A stretch of 63,883 bases of DNA, filler included, from Phoronis australis (taxonomy: Eukaryota; Animalia; Phoronida), in the NCBI GenBank assembly GCA_002633005.1. It is 7 parts of 7 records of this genome, joined end to end, with 100 filler letters (N's around TTAATTAATTAA, not from the genome) between each part and the next. Parts side by side here need not be neighbours in the genome. Positions count along the whole stretch, not along the records: positions 11,382 to 16,865 come from NMRA01002329.1; positions 16,966 to 45,729 come from NMRA01001299.1; 5 more parts are not named here. The stretch is one strand, 5' to 3'. Shown one piece after another: positions 14,106 through 26,230 of the stretch; within the stretch, counting starts at the first letter, position 1, and every line of letters starts with the position of its first letter. The notes beneath the pieces are model-generated. The model did no database searches and was not told the DNA's origin. It saw only the letters and a list, made by a program, of their open reading frames with translations. A program made the translations under genes and the position numbers.

Positions 14106-15166
14106 AGTCCTTCTCTCACGCGTTGTTAACCCTTATTACATGGTTAGAAGATGTTATAAGGATCCAAGAAGTACCTACCCCATGACTAATACAAGATCCG
14201 TACTCGAAAACAGTTTAAATGAAAGCGCCACTCACGATTCGCACCCGAAGAAACACCGCCATTTTTAACTTGCCGCTAACCCAGAAGTACAATTCATTCA
14301 GGAACCCAGGCCGAGAAAACGCCGTCAGTGCGACTGGAGCAGTGCCTGTACTGTTACCAGCCAGCAAACGGGGATAAAAAAATCGACAGCGCGCCTCAAT
14401 TTTGATAAAATCAAACTACGGACAATTTTATGGAATTTGCTGAAGAAATGTGGCGAATAAATTTTGACAGAAATTATTTTGCCAGACTCGGGACCGCAGC
14501 CTATCGGACCCGGTCCGGAGCGAGACCCTTACACTGGCGAACGGTAAATGCATGCGGTTGCAAGCTGTTTTGTCGAAGTAAAATGGTCAAATGATAAATG
14601 CTGCATATGTTCAAGGGTAGTTTCAGACACTTGCATGAAACTACGGGCTGGTTAGTCCTGTGTCACTCTGCCGCGGCAGACCTTAGTTAGCCTCAGTCAC
14701 CAGCTACCAGTGAAGACTATAGTCAAAATACAGCTTGTTAGTACGCCTATACAGCTTTGCGCCAAGACTACCCTTAGGCCTAACTGGTCGCTGGCCACAA
14801 ACACAAATAACACGAAAATTGAACAAAGTTTCTTTTTTGTAGCAATGTTTGTCAAAATGTATCAACGTTAAATCTTCACAAATTACAAAGTAGCCGATTG
14901 AACATGCCTTTCAGTTCAGCAAAAGTCGACATTGTNAAGGAAAAAATGGCGGCGTTCAGGACAAGTTCCTGAACTGATGAGCCGGAAATGTGGGTACGGA
15001 AATAACCGATGACAACCGGTAATCATACGCTCAGAGAGAAGGGTCAAATACTGTTAAAAAATCGCTTTTGGCGAAAAGAATATAAAGAAAGGGTGTCAAA
15101 AATAAGAATTTATGTAGTAAGTATTTTCGGATACTGAAACCACATGGGCAGTTTGCAAGAAGGACT
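14106..15166. mobile_element. Non-autonomous Kolobok-like DNA transposon in an intron
   Basis: TTAA target duplication (14102-14105 and 15167-15170) flanking inverted termini AGTCCTTCT / AGAAGGACT. TTAA plus 5'-AG ends is characteristic of Kolobok. Confidence 0.7.
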
Positions 15167-16046
15167 TTAAGATAAGTACATGGCCAAAACAGCTCTGGGT
15201 AATGTATATATTTATGCTTCAGTGAATGCTGCAGAGTTGTTTGGATGTTAAAGTTTCAGATTATTCACCAGGTTACTAACTATTGGGGATCTACTGGCTT
15301 CATTTGTCAATAGATTCCAGATTATGATTGGTGATAGTAATAACATGTGACTATTTACCTAAACATCATTCAAGAATGAATGGACTCACCGGAAACACCC
15401 CAAGAGTTATTATCTTTGCGGCGAAGCATGTTAAAGTTGTGTCTGCGATGAGTTGCCAGCAGTCACTGATACGGTGCGCGGCTTTAGACACTCTGCGGCT
15501 GGGTTTAAGATCTTTTATAGGCCTAACTATCCCCAATTCCCGTAGCAGGATGAATTTCAAAAATATCTTGACTTGTTTGCGTTAGATGTGATGTGCGACG
15601 TCTATGTTGAAAGTATGCCATATTTTTTAATATCGGTGATGACGAAGTACCCGATTGTATAGGGTTCTCTGTTGAGTCATCATTGTGAATAGTTTCACCT
15701 CTTCTTTGCGTTTCAATCACTGGCTTAGAAAGGTTGCAGAGTTGCCATTCCGTAAATTGGATGTTGTTTCTTGATAAATATAATACATCTGAGAGCTGTC
15801 TAAGAGGCCGTTTGGTATGTTCGTTTTTTGATACTAAGTCTTCAATTAGTAAAAATTTATGACTTGTGTTATCTTAATATCAAATGAATTATGGGGTACG
15901 TGAATTTCGTGGCCCACGCGACCTCGCAAAGTAGCGGATTTTTATTTTATGAATAACAACAACATCGTGGCATCTGCCAATACGGTAAAACTCATGTTTC
16001 ACATTACTGCATTGATCTATGCATTTATTACATATTTGATTGCCAG

Positions 16047-16177
16047 GCTCTCTGGACTACTTGTCGACTACATTTGGAAACACTGTGGAGATGAAGAAGA
16101 TAGTTAACCTTTTGACCTATGACCTGCCTACTGTGTTTGAAAAGGCCTTGGTTGATGTTGTCTTTGACGTTGTTAAG
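16047..16177 (+). CDS. Unidentified protein, exon C (SLDYLSTTFGNTVEMKKIV...FDVVK)
   Basis: ccag| acceptor (phase 1), AAG|gtaaag donor (phase 0). Confidence 0.8.
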
Positions 16178-16684
16178 GTAAAGTGTACAAACTTGAATAG
16201 CATGCCGTTTCAATCACACTCGCATTATCTATGTCTTGATGGGGTCATACTGAACAGAGTCATCTATCTTACACCTTGTGCTATAGTCTTTCGCTGTCTA
16301 CGCTAAAATCGGATGCTTTCAGGAAATTCAAGTTATCTATAATAGCCAACATCCTACGCACACCTCCTAAGCCGTGAGAGTGAGAACCATTTTCGCTTGG
16401 CCCACTTTCAAATTCTGATGTGTATGAAAGGCAGTTTCTGTCATTCTTGGAAACTTTGTGATATTGGACGTTTTTAATGATTAATTTGTTGATCACAATG
16501 TCCAATGTAGTATATATTTGATGAAAAACTGTGAAAATAAACTGAAATTCCAATAGCTGCCTTGAATCCTGCACTAGTGGCCTGTTGGGGCTGGCAGTTT
16601 GAACGCTTTTAAACAATTGACTCTGTTGTCATTCGGTGATGGAGGTATAGTATAGGATTGCCATATGATGTGGTGTTATTCCAG

Positions 16685-16865
16685 TTGGGCAAGTTCACTA
16701 AAGCGCTGCAGGATGAGGATGCATGTGACCAATCGTCCAGTTTATATAGTGTGATTGGTGACAACCCCCTGACTCGGCTGGTCTGTAGCTTGGACACTGC
16801 CAAGCTGGAGAAGGAATTGGCCAGTCTGGCTGCCAACAATAAGATGGTTAAGGCTCTCTACCAAC
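16685..16865 (+). CDS. Unidentified protein, exon D (LGKFTKALQDEDACD...VKALYQ), truncated by spacer
   Basis: ttccag| acceptor (phase 0); open to the scaffold end. Confidence 0.8.
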
Positions 16866-16965
16866 NNNNNNNNNNNNNNNNNNNNNNNNNNNNNNNNNNN
16901 NNNNNNNNNTTAATTAATTAANNNNNNNNNNNNNNNNNNNNNNNNNNNNNNNNNNNNNNNNNNNN
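16866..16965. other. Artificial spacer 2
   Basis: Same 44N/TTAATTAATTAA/44N construct; it cuts an open exon at 16865. Confidence 0.97.
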
Positions 16966-16988
16966 GGGGTGAGTACTCAACTATAAGT

Positions 16989-17620
16989 TTGGCCCCATGT
17001 TTCCTGGTCTTCATGCTCAAGGCATTAACATACTTTGGCCTAAGGTTCATTGACAACGTCAAAAAATCTCGTCTTTGTGTTCTCCAACATGGATTTTTCT
17101 CTGAGTTTTTTGAAATGGGGAGAGGCAGTTGTCAAGGAGACCCCATTTCTCCTCATATTTTTGTATTATGTGTAGAAATATTGGGTAATTTAATTCGACG
17201 GGATGGTGGCATCACTGGGGTTAGGATATGTTTCTGAGGTTAAACTGATCCAATATGCCAACAGCACTTGTTTAATTTTGGACGGTTATGAATTATCTCT
17301 TAGATCATCTTTGAATTTAATTGACCAATTTGCGAAATTTTCTGGTTTGAAGCCAAATATCGAGAAAATAAGATGTGTTTGGATTGCTTCAAAAAACACT
17401 CTGACAAAAAACTTTGTGTTAATGAAAACCTGTTATGGACTAACAAACCTTTCATGTTTTTGGGCATTAACTTCTCTACTGATTATAATGCAATGCCAGA
17501 TATCAACTATAGTCACAGGCGTTTGGAAATTAAGAAAATGGTGGTCTCTTGGTCAAGAATTCTTTCTGTTTGAGGTAAAATAACCGTGGTTAAGACACTT
17601 TTATTGCCCAAAATCGGATA
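16989..17620 (+). mobile_element. L1/Tx1-clade non-LTR retrotransposon reverse-transcriptase fragment (frameshifted)
   Basis: Motifs across three frames: RG..QGDPISP.IFVLCVEIL, degenerate QYADD (QYANS), FAKFSGLKPNIEK, FLGI, GKITVVKTLLLPK. Confidence 0.9.
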
Positions 17621-17819
17621 AAAGTAGTAATGTTTTAAAATCTGAAAGTACCTTGGTTAAGAATTCAACATAAACAGTGACAAAATCTCCTCTTGGTGTA
17701 AGAAAGTGTTGGCCTCACCCCTTCAGAAAGCATTGCTTGCCAGGCCTGATGGTGCAGAAGTGCAATCATTTGTGCATCAGGTACAACTAATACAGTGATA
17801 CAGCTGCCAGTCACTGAAC

Positions 17820-18420
17820 TCGTTCCCACATCCATTACTGTTATGTTTCATGCAAAAGTCGTTAATGAAAATTGAGAAAGCGCATGTTTTGATGGTCGGG
17901 AACCCTCTTTGTGCGCCGAATACGCAAGTCCAGCTTTTTATTGATCCCACATCCATTACTGTTACGTTTAATGCAAAATTCGTTAAAATTGAGAAAGCGC
18001 ATGTTTTGATGGTCGGGAACACTCTTTGTGCGCCGAATACGCAAGTCCACCTTTTTATTGGGAAACCATGCGTTGACAGCGCAAACTCGACATTTTTTAT
18101 TGAGAAAACGCATTTTTACAAAAGAGAATCGGTTGTCTGTAACGTTTCATGTGCGTCAACAACGAAAACCAGACCCACTCATTGAAAAGCCCATATTTGT
18201 AACCAGGAAGACTCTTCACAACGCAGCCCGGCCGATATTTCAAGTGAGATAGCGCAGTTTTGAAAAGATTCCGTCTCTTGCCGAGAACGGTTTTTGAGCA
18301 TCGGCAATGCAAGCCGAATATTTCATATTGAGAAAGCACATCTTTGAAAAGAAGAACCAACACTTGTTGGGAACGGTCTTTGTGCGTCGACGACGCACAT
18401 TTCTTATTTGGAAAGCCAGA
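17820..18420. repeat. Imperfect tandem repeat, ~121-bp unit
   Basis: CCCACATCCATTACTGTTA at 17825 and 17946; recurring ATTGAGAAAGCGCAT motif. Confidence 0.75.
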
Positions 18421-18789
18421 TTTTCAAAAATTAATCGCTCAGACCATTTGAGTCTCATTTACCTGCAATTATACTGCTATCAAATGACCGAGCCAGCATT
18501 GTTGATACTACGACCGCTCATCGAAATAATGTACACCCACGAAATTCGGACACTAGCAGAAACCCAAATTTGGAGGTCCGCCAAATTCGGACACCACAAA
18601 ATGATATTTCGCGAGATTCGTCCAAGAATGAATTTTTTCTATTGGAATTAATTTTCAGTGTCCGAAAATCACGCGACTTTACCGTAGACACGAGTCCTTT
18701 GTCATTTCCACAGGTGTACTGTCTGTGTTAAGTGTAACTTCATTCAGTGATAAAATGCAATCCGTGAAGGGAACATAACCGCGAAATTT

Positions 18790-19690
18790 CATGAACGTAC
18801 GTCAAAGGGTTTTGGAGATAGAGCAGCGGACGCCGGATGCACATCGGACAGACACCCGACGGACGCCGGATGGACGGACGAAGATGCCTCTACATATAAA
18901 TATGTGGGCGCATCAAAACTAAAATTACCACTAGGGGGTATAGTGACAGCCAGAGCCATCCAAAAGTCGTGGGTAGCCATTGTCATATTTGTAGAACAAC
19001 ACTTTCAAATTTCACAAAGATCCTGTAAAGAACTTAGGAGATACAGAGGACGAAACAAGACAAAATCAACACTAGGATGTGGTACAGTTGTCAGACATGT
19101 CCAAAAATCAATGTAAACCACAGTCTTCTCCTCATGAACACATGATCAAGCGGTTTAAAGGATAAAGAAGCAGACGCCAAAAAAACGTATATGAAAAAAT
19201 ATAAAATGGTCAACAGACAACACAAAATATATCAAATACAGCATCATTGTCTCCTTAATAGAAACCTATTTGCCAAATTTCACAAAAATCCATCAATGTA
19301 CTATAAAGGTAAAGAAGCAAATGTAAAAAAATGCCACTAGAGGGCACAGCGGTAGTCAGATTGGCCTGAAACTCGAGCCAACTGGCGGAGTCAAAAATTT
19401 TAAAAGTGACCACAAGGTAGCTCAAAACCTGTCAAATTAGTTTGAAAATAATACCTATTTGCCAAATTTCATGAAAATCCATCCCAGAACTCTGAAGACG
19501 CAGAGGCAAAACTAAAATTTTCAATAGGAAGCACAGCTGGACTTGGATCAGTTCAAATTTTTTTGTCATTAGTTGTCAGTTTCATAGGAACACATCTGCC
19601 AAATTCCACCAGGATCCTGCTAGACTCCCTGCACTCAGAGGACAGCAGTATGCACCAACATATAAATATATGGGCACATGAAAATAAGAA
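18790..19690 (+). repeat. Helentron/HINE-like interspersed repeat with internal subunits
   Basis: CGGACGGACG microsatellite, ATATGTGGGCGCAT-AAAA end, repeated GCCAAATTTC and (T)GCCACTAG subunits. Related copy at 33630-34260 and probable reverse copies near 12390-12750 and 37100-37570. Confidence 0.55.
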
Positions 19691-20087
19691 ATGTAAGCTT
19701 GAAATATGAAAAGACAGGTTACTAAGTCTGGTTATAGGCAGCAAATCTTTGCTACTTATCCTTGAAGACTACGAATTGAAAATGAAAAAGTGTGGTGCAA
19801 TAGAAAATTAAAGCCGTGTGACACTTACACTAGAAATAAGAGCTAATCCACCAGGCAGAAATTTGATATCTTCACTGCCATTCTCTGAAAATAAAATATT
19901 CACTTAATACAACTCGTAAATTCTTTAACTAAGGACACAATATTGTCAAATCTTGTACATTCAGAGGCTTGTAGATGTCAGTATATACTCTTGTAATCAC
20001 AGTAAATTAACTGACACAAAATAAATGGAGAAAATTAAACGGTCGCAAGTCCAATAAAATGCACATGGAGGCACAAAATGGCACTCT

Positions 20088-20222
20088 AGGGGATGGGACC
20101 CAATATAGGGGTTGGGTACCAATATAGGGATTGGGACCCAATATAGGGATTGGGACCCAATATAGGGATTGGGACCCAATATAGGGATTGGGACCCAATA
20201 TACGGGTTGGGACCCAATATAG
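20088..20222. repeat. Minisatellite, 21-bp unit GGGATTGGGACCCAATATAGG
   Basis: About six tandem copies, followed by a ~32-bp unit (AACAAGGATTCGACAGTTCTGCACATATG) x3 to ~20330. Confidence 0.9.
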
Positions 20223-21327
20223 ACAGCTCTTCACATACGGTATTAACAAGGATTCGACAGTTCTGCACATATGAACAAGGATTCGACAGTTCTGCACATA
20301 TGAACAAGGATTAGACAGTTCTGCACATATTAAGCCATTATGTATGTACACCAGCATGGAACAACACTTATCTCGAGTTCGCACACAAGTAGAATAGAAA
20401 ATGCCAAAAACAAGTTTCAGTTTCGATCTTGAGCAAAAAGATTAGACGAGAGGCCCAAGTCATTTCATACCAGTGCAATAATGACAATTATCACATCATT
20501 AGCTTTGTTATGCACTGTAATAGACAAAAATGTCCATGGCCATAACAATCAGCTGCCTTCTTACCTATCCCAGGAACTGTGCTACAGGGGCCAGGTAGAT
20601 GATTATAGATTCTCTTGTGGAAACCGCAGAAAAAACTGAAATCAGAGTTACAACCTGCCATTACTTTTTATCACTACTTTACCTGATAAGTCACCCGTAA
20701 GCTGACTTTTGTTAGAACTGTAACTCACCTATGGAAGTTCAACATTTTGAGTAGTCAATCAACTTTGTCTCTCAACTAAAAATAATTTTTGCATTTAATT
20801 TTGCAGGATAAATGGTAGACAACACGTAGCCCCTCAGCTGGCTACAGAGGGGCTACAATAAACACCATCACTTTCTGCACTAATTTCATCTCTTGTATTT
20901 TAAACAGCCAGAAGGTCAAATCTGCTCACCAAATAAGAGGTTTTCAACTCGTCAAAAACGTGCCCTCCCAAAAATTTTCAAATGTCATGGTTAAACCCTG
21001 GCAACCCTTCATAGGCGTGGGAATGTCAAGAAAAGGAAAATAGCGAAACAAGGAGAAGAGGGAAAATTCAAGAGAATATTTGTCAACTACCAGCGCTTGA
21101 TTTATCCTTTGAGGTCCTTGGCCATGACATTGTTGTTAGGGGCCCCCATTTCTTACAGATAAATGTATTTGAAATTGTGCAAAATTATATTTATCCAAGG
21201 ACTCGTCTCTATTTTCATTTTTTTTTTTTCACTAGATGGAAACTGGGAACCTGACAAGGTAAAATAAATTGCCACTGATTTCATGTTTTTTGAAATTTAT
21301 GATAGATCCTTTTATACCTAAGGGTAC

Positions 21328-21482
21328 ATCCCTTGGAGGGGCTTCTTCATGGCATCCATGAGGCCACCCTTGGAGGGGTCCCTCCATGGGATCCATGAGG
21401 CCACCCTTGGAGGGGTCCCTCCATGGGATCCATGAGGCCACCCTTGGAGGGGTCCCTCCATGGGATCCATGAGGCCACCCTT
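21328..21482. repeat. Minisatellite, 37-bp unit
   Basis: GGCCACCCTTGGAGGGGTCCCTCCATGGGATCCATGA starting at 21362, 21399 and 21436, head-to-tail with no spacers. Confidence 0.9.
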
Positions 21483-21924
21483 TTCGCACTTTTTATTGGT
21501 AACTGCTTAAGATGCCCCTCATGGAGAGAGGGACTAATGATGGAATCGATTGCTTCTATTTTACTGTTTCTGTGAAATCGTACAATCTTTTGATGGTCAC
21601 ACGGTAATGGAATTAACTGTCACTTTTTCTTTTTTAAACATTTAGCCTTCAAAATTAAGAGCTTCTTTTTCAGATGGGGTCCTCACTCAGATTGGTGGCC
21701 ATGGGGAAATTGCCCCTTTGCCTCTCTATAAACCCGGCACCGCCAACAAGTGGAAGAATGTAAGTCTCCAAATTCATTGAAAAAAACAAACTAATTCGTG
21801 CATTAAAGCACAATGGCCCTAACAACAAAAGATCGCCATCGAAAGGATGGAAGTTTGAAAAACTTGAAGGCCAGTATTTGTGAATTACACAAAAGGAATA
21901 TTTCAACTGGGGTGTCTTCCGATC

Positions 21925-22340
21925 ACGCCACCCTCATCATGTGGTGATTTGGTCTTTCGTACCTGCCCACGCCGGTGTCTTGATTAATAAGCGTGCAGAT
22001 TACCTCGTTGGCTCATGCACCACCAACCAACCCCTCTACTTATATTCGGCTGACGTTAAGCTGCTGGCTCGCAAACGCAACCTCGAGCAGACTGCACCCC
22101 AGCTGGCTGAGTTCAATGATGGCAGCCGCCTGCTCGAAGCCGGTATTATTTATGGCCATGCTGCGAAGAGTCACAAGAAGGGCCGTGCCCGAGTGCTGTC
22201 TAATCAAATGCTTACAGGCAACGTCAGCCCTGGAGTTCTGCGCCTTCTGCTGTCACGGGGATGGTCTGGGGAGGGGATTAATGCACCAGCATATCCCCAA
22301 TGATCCTGTCCGTGACAGGTATTACAGGTATTACAGGAAT
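21925..22340 (+). mobile_element. 3' end of an RNase H-bearing non-LTR retrotransposon (I-group/Ingi-like), 5'-truncated
   Basis: ORF VIWSFVPAHAGVLINKRADYLV matches the RNase HI W-x-P-x-H-x-G-x3-N-x2-AD motif; ends in a short tandem tail (ACAGGTATT)n. Confidence 0.7.
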
Positions 22341-23787
22341 ATTTCCGGTGGTTTTGTAAGGATAAAATGTTGATACTTTTTCGCATAGTGTTACAATTAT
22401 ATTTCTTCTGAAGATTGTTACTAGGAGTCGTTTGTAAGTCGAACAGACTGTCTGGGATAACCGTATACAGAGTACATTACAAGCGGATTAAGTTAAAGTA
22501 CTGAAAATCATAACTAAAGATTTTAGCGATTTTTGGAGTTCAAGTTTAACTCATAAACCATAAAAGCTACCTCTAGAAATAAATCCCGAGAATTCTTGGT
22601 TGGCTCCCACACTCCGTGTGATGCCCAGTCTCCTATGTGCTTACAGAATGCCCATCCACAGTCTGCAGGCATGCTATCGGGAATACTTTGTAATATTCTG
22701 TTTTCATAAACTACAAAATCGGTTTTTGATTTACGATATCTACGAAAATCGAACAATTCATAGCTGAATTTTTGATTATTAAAAGCTAATCTTGTTGAAA
22801 CTGATGATGCTTCAGTTAACTTAGTTGCAGGCTGAAGTTGTCAATGGGAAAATCTCTATCATCCACTCCCCAAATAGTAAAGTACTCAAGACAATCTTTG
22901 CTATCTGAAATATCTCAAAGGTATTGATGAACAGATTTCTACAATGTGTCCCAAAATTGTACTCACAATTCAAATTGTTTATTGACTTAGGAACAAGGTT
23001 AGCGGTTTAAATTCACAGGAGACCAAAAACCAATGTAAAATTCTTCAAATAAAATTATACGCATTGCTCATTAACTTCGGAAGATTAATTGTCTTGGCGC
23101 TTCCTTGATGTTTTTTTAGTTTCCAGCTATATTGCATAATAAATTTTCATTCTCCAGGCAACTAAACTGAGTGGTTTGTTTGCCTTCATAGCATGTGATG
23201 ACTTATGGACGGACTTTGAAAATAAGATGTAAACCATGCAGTAAGCACAGGCACAGAATCTGATACAAAGGAACTGAACTTGAACTCATGGCATTGTACT
23301 TAAGTACGAATACATGTTTTGGGAACCCTGTGAATCTTACGTCCACCGGAAAATGTGTTACCTGTGTTTCAATACGGGATTTTGAAACAGTTAAAGCAAT
23401 GTAGCAGAGACTTTGGAACCTGACCCTTTCAAAATTTGCACGAGCTGAGCTGCCTGTCTCAAGTGAATCATTTGATCTGACTAGAGGCTAGCCTTGTTCA
23501 CCCAATTCGTATTTTCACACCTTCAGAACACTTGAGACAGACAGCCCAACTCTCAGCTTTGCATCTGCGCTGGCCGGCTGCATTCTCACTCTCGTAAAAT
23601 TTTGTAGGTTACTCAAGTTCTGGTGGCTGCTGATATCCGGGTAATGACAGGGGTGGTGATAGGAAAGAGGGGGGCAAAATTTTGGTGAAGTCAAATTGGT
23701 TTGTGCCCCCAATAATTTTTACCTTCCCACAGGCCTGCTACTAAATTGTCTCCAAAGAGTTAATTTGAACTCCACGCGCAATAATCA

Positions 23788-23929
23788 TGGGCGGCGCAGC
23801 AACAAAAAAAGTGGGGGCTAAAGCCCCCTTAGCCCCCTGTGATGCACCGCCTATAGATCATGTGCAGCGTAGCACAGAAAAAAGTGGTGGGGCTACAGCC
23901 CCCAGCCCCCTATGGTGCGCCGCTCATGT
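23788..23929. mobile_element. Short hAT-like MITE(s)
   Basis: CATGGGCGGCGCA ... TGCGCCGCTCATG inverted ends with GGGGCTA/AGCCCC cores; related end at 24606-24675. Confidence 0.5.
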
Positions 23930-25834
23930 ATGCAGGCTTCATTCAGTTTTATTCGCTGTATTTTGAGATGAGTAGCTTTTATGGGGGTGTACTACTGCCC
24001 CTAGAATAGATGAATGGAAACAATTCATTATCATTATGACTAACATGGGCTGGCTTAGCATCTACCACATACTGATAATTGGCTACGTTAGTCACACTGA
24101 CAGTGTGATTGTGAACAGTGCATATAACTATAAGTGATGAACACACACCAGAGCACCCTGTTAACTGCAGTCCACTACAAATTGTGGCACTCATTGGATA
24201 GTGGACTTTTCACTAGTCACCACATAGACAGTGACCAACATCTCCAGCTGGCTCAGTAGAGACGGTGTAGCTCCTATAGTAACTGATGCACTTCATACCC
24301 TGGAAGCTTTTTGGCGAATTATGCCTCACACCGACTAAAACAACAAAGTTACGTTGTTATAAATACCTTATGCGCGCAGAGGGACACCTTAGGAGGCCGT
24401 CGATGGATTTAATTCCTTCCAACTCGGACAAATATTCCTGTTATCAAACTTTAGTTCTAGCAGTCTTTCATTCAGTTGGACCCAAAATCAGTAGATCTGG
24501 CATTTTAACACCGCGAGCAGCAGGTGGTATGACATCATATCCCCAGGCGTGCGCAGTCTAAAAATGGGCAGTTACCGATTTTGGAGGTGTGTCTAGTCAC
24601 AGAACATGGGCGGCGTAGCACTAAAGTGGGGGGCTATACACAATACTATAGCTCCCCCCGCCCCCCCCTCCTCGNATCAAATGCAGGAAACAGTAAAGAC
24701 ACCCAGTCCATCACTGAATGACTGGCAAGAGATTCACACAGAAATATCCTCTGTTTCAATCATGAACATCACCTATCTTAATCATTGAGGAAGCAAAAAA
24801 GCATGAGTCACGAATTTTCAATTAACGGTCTCTGCTAGGACCTCGCTAAAAAGCAAGACTTCGCGAGATTACGTGAGATATCGCCGTTCATTTATTAAAA
24901 TAACAACACGTGACTTTAGTTAGATATTAGCTAGGTCTAAACGTCTACTGAACGCACGCCCGCTTAATCTCAAGATTACGGGAAAGTGCATGTTGCTTGA
25001 ACTTGGAATTCGCGATCTTGACACTGGTCAAATCTCCAGGTTCCTAACTAAAATGAGTAAAAAGGGAGTTTTAATTAGTTAGACATGACTCTGAAAGTGA
25101 CAAAAATCGAAAAAAGAGTTTCTTTGAAGTTGTTTTTTTTAAATCGTATTTTTTAATTTCCAAAAAAATCAATTTTACCTCGATTTTTTTTCAAAATGCA
25201 CAGGGATTATCATCAACTGTTTCCTTACGCAATATTCTACTTATCCATACCAAATATAAGTACAAAATCATTATGATCTTGATTTTGCGGCATTTTTGCG
25301 TGTGAGTTGGGGCAAGCACACCACTTTTTGTCATTTGGTCACTTTCCGTCTAATAACTAAAAATCTGGTCCCGATGTATCAAAAAACCCTGGCACGCTGC
25401 CTCATCCCGTAGGTGAACTTGGAACTAAGCGGCTGCCTGACACCCAATCACAGAACAAGGCGCTTGGGCTGAAATCATTACTGAACCGGTAGGCTACGGC
25501 CAAGAAGAGAGTTAAAATATCGAGATATAGCTCCCGTGGCCTCAACAGCTAGTGTTCATGAATACTGGTTAGTACCAAGAGACTAGAATAAAAAAATCAT
25601 TTAAGGACTGTAATGCGATTACATGTTTCCTCAGTAGGCCTATAGATGTACCGGGCATTCAAGGTCATAGACCTAGTACGCCGGTGGCCATCAGTCGTAT
25701 TATAGTACGCCGGTGGCCATCAGTCGTATTATTTTCTGTTTGGTTGCCCATTCCACTGAATATTAAAATGAAGCTTGATGTTTGAAATTAATGCCTGGTT
25801 GATGTTTGATCAAGTGCTGAACTAAACATTCACA

Positions 25835-26230
25835 AACAGGTTGCAATACATTTTAAATACATTTTCTATTAATTTCGGAAGACTTCTAGTGAGCGCATTC
25901 GGATTTTTGTACTCAGTCAATTCCAAGTTTAAGCAAGCCACGCCCTTGCTTTTAAACTTGGAACAATTCAATTTCTTCTTTACAAAAAATCGTGTGGTGA
26001 ACCACGCATTCTCTGAATGGTTGCAATACATTGTAAATGCGTTTTCTATTACTTTTGAAACACCTATGAATGCAGTCGCAGTTGTTTTCTACCCAATTCC
26101 AAATTTAAGCAACCCACGCCTTTGCTTAAACTTAGAATAATTCAATTTCTTCTTTACAAAAAATCGTATGGTGAACCAAACATTCTCTGAATGGTTGCAA
26201 TATTGTAAATACTTTTTCTAATAAGCTTTT
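25835..26230. repeat. Imperfect direct repeat, ~178-bp unit, 2+ copies
   Basis: GGTTGCAATA-A-TTGTAAAT motif recurs at ~25839, 26019 and 26194 with flanking similarity. Confidence 0.75.

Noticed and set aside
14970-15015. CTGATGAG...GAAA resembling a hammerhead ribozyme core
   Set aside because: No proper stem II closing G-C before GAAA, and no stem I/III pairing found.
21328-21482. 37-bp partly palindromic repeats resembling a CRISPR array
   Set aside because: Units are head-to-tail with no unique spacers, there are no cas genes, and the context is eukaryotic.
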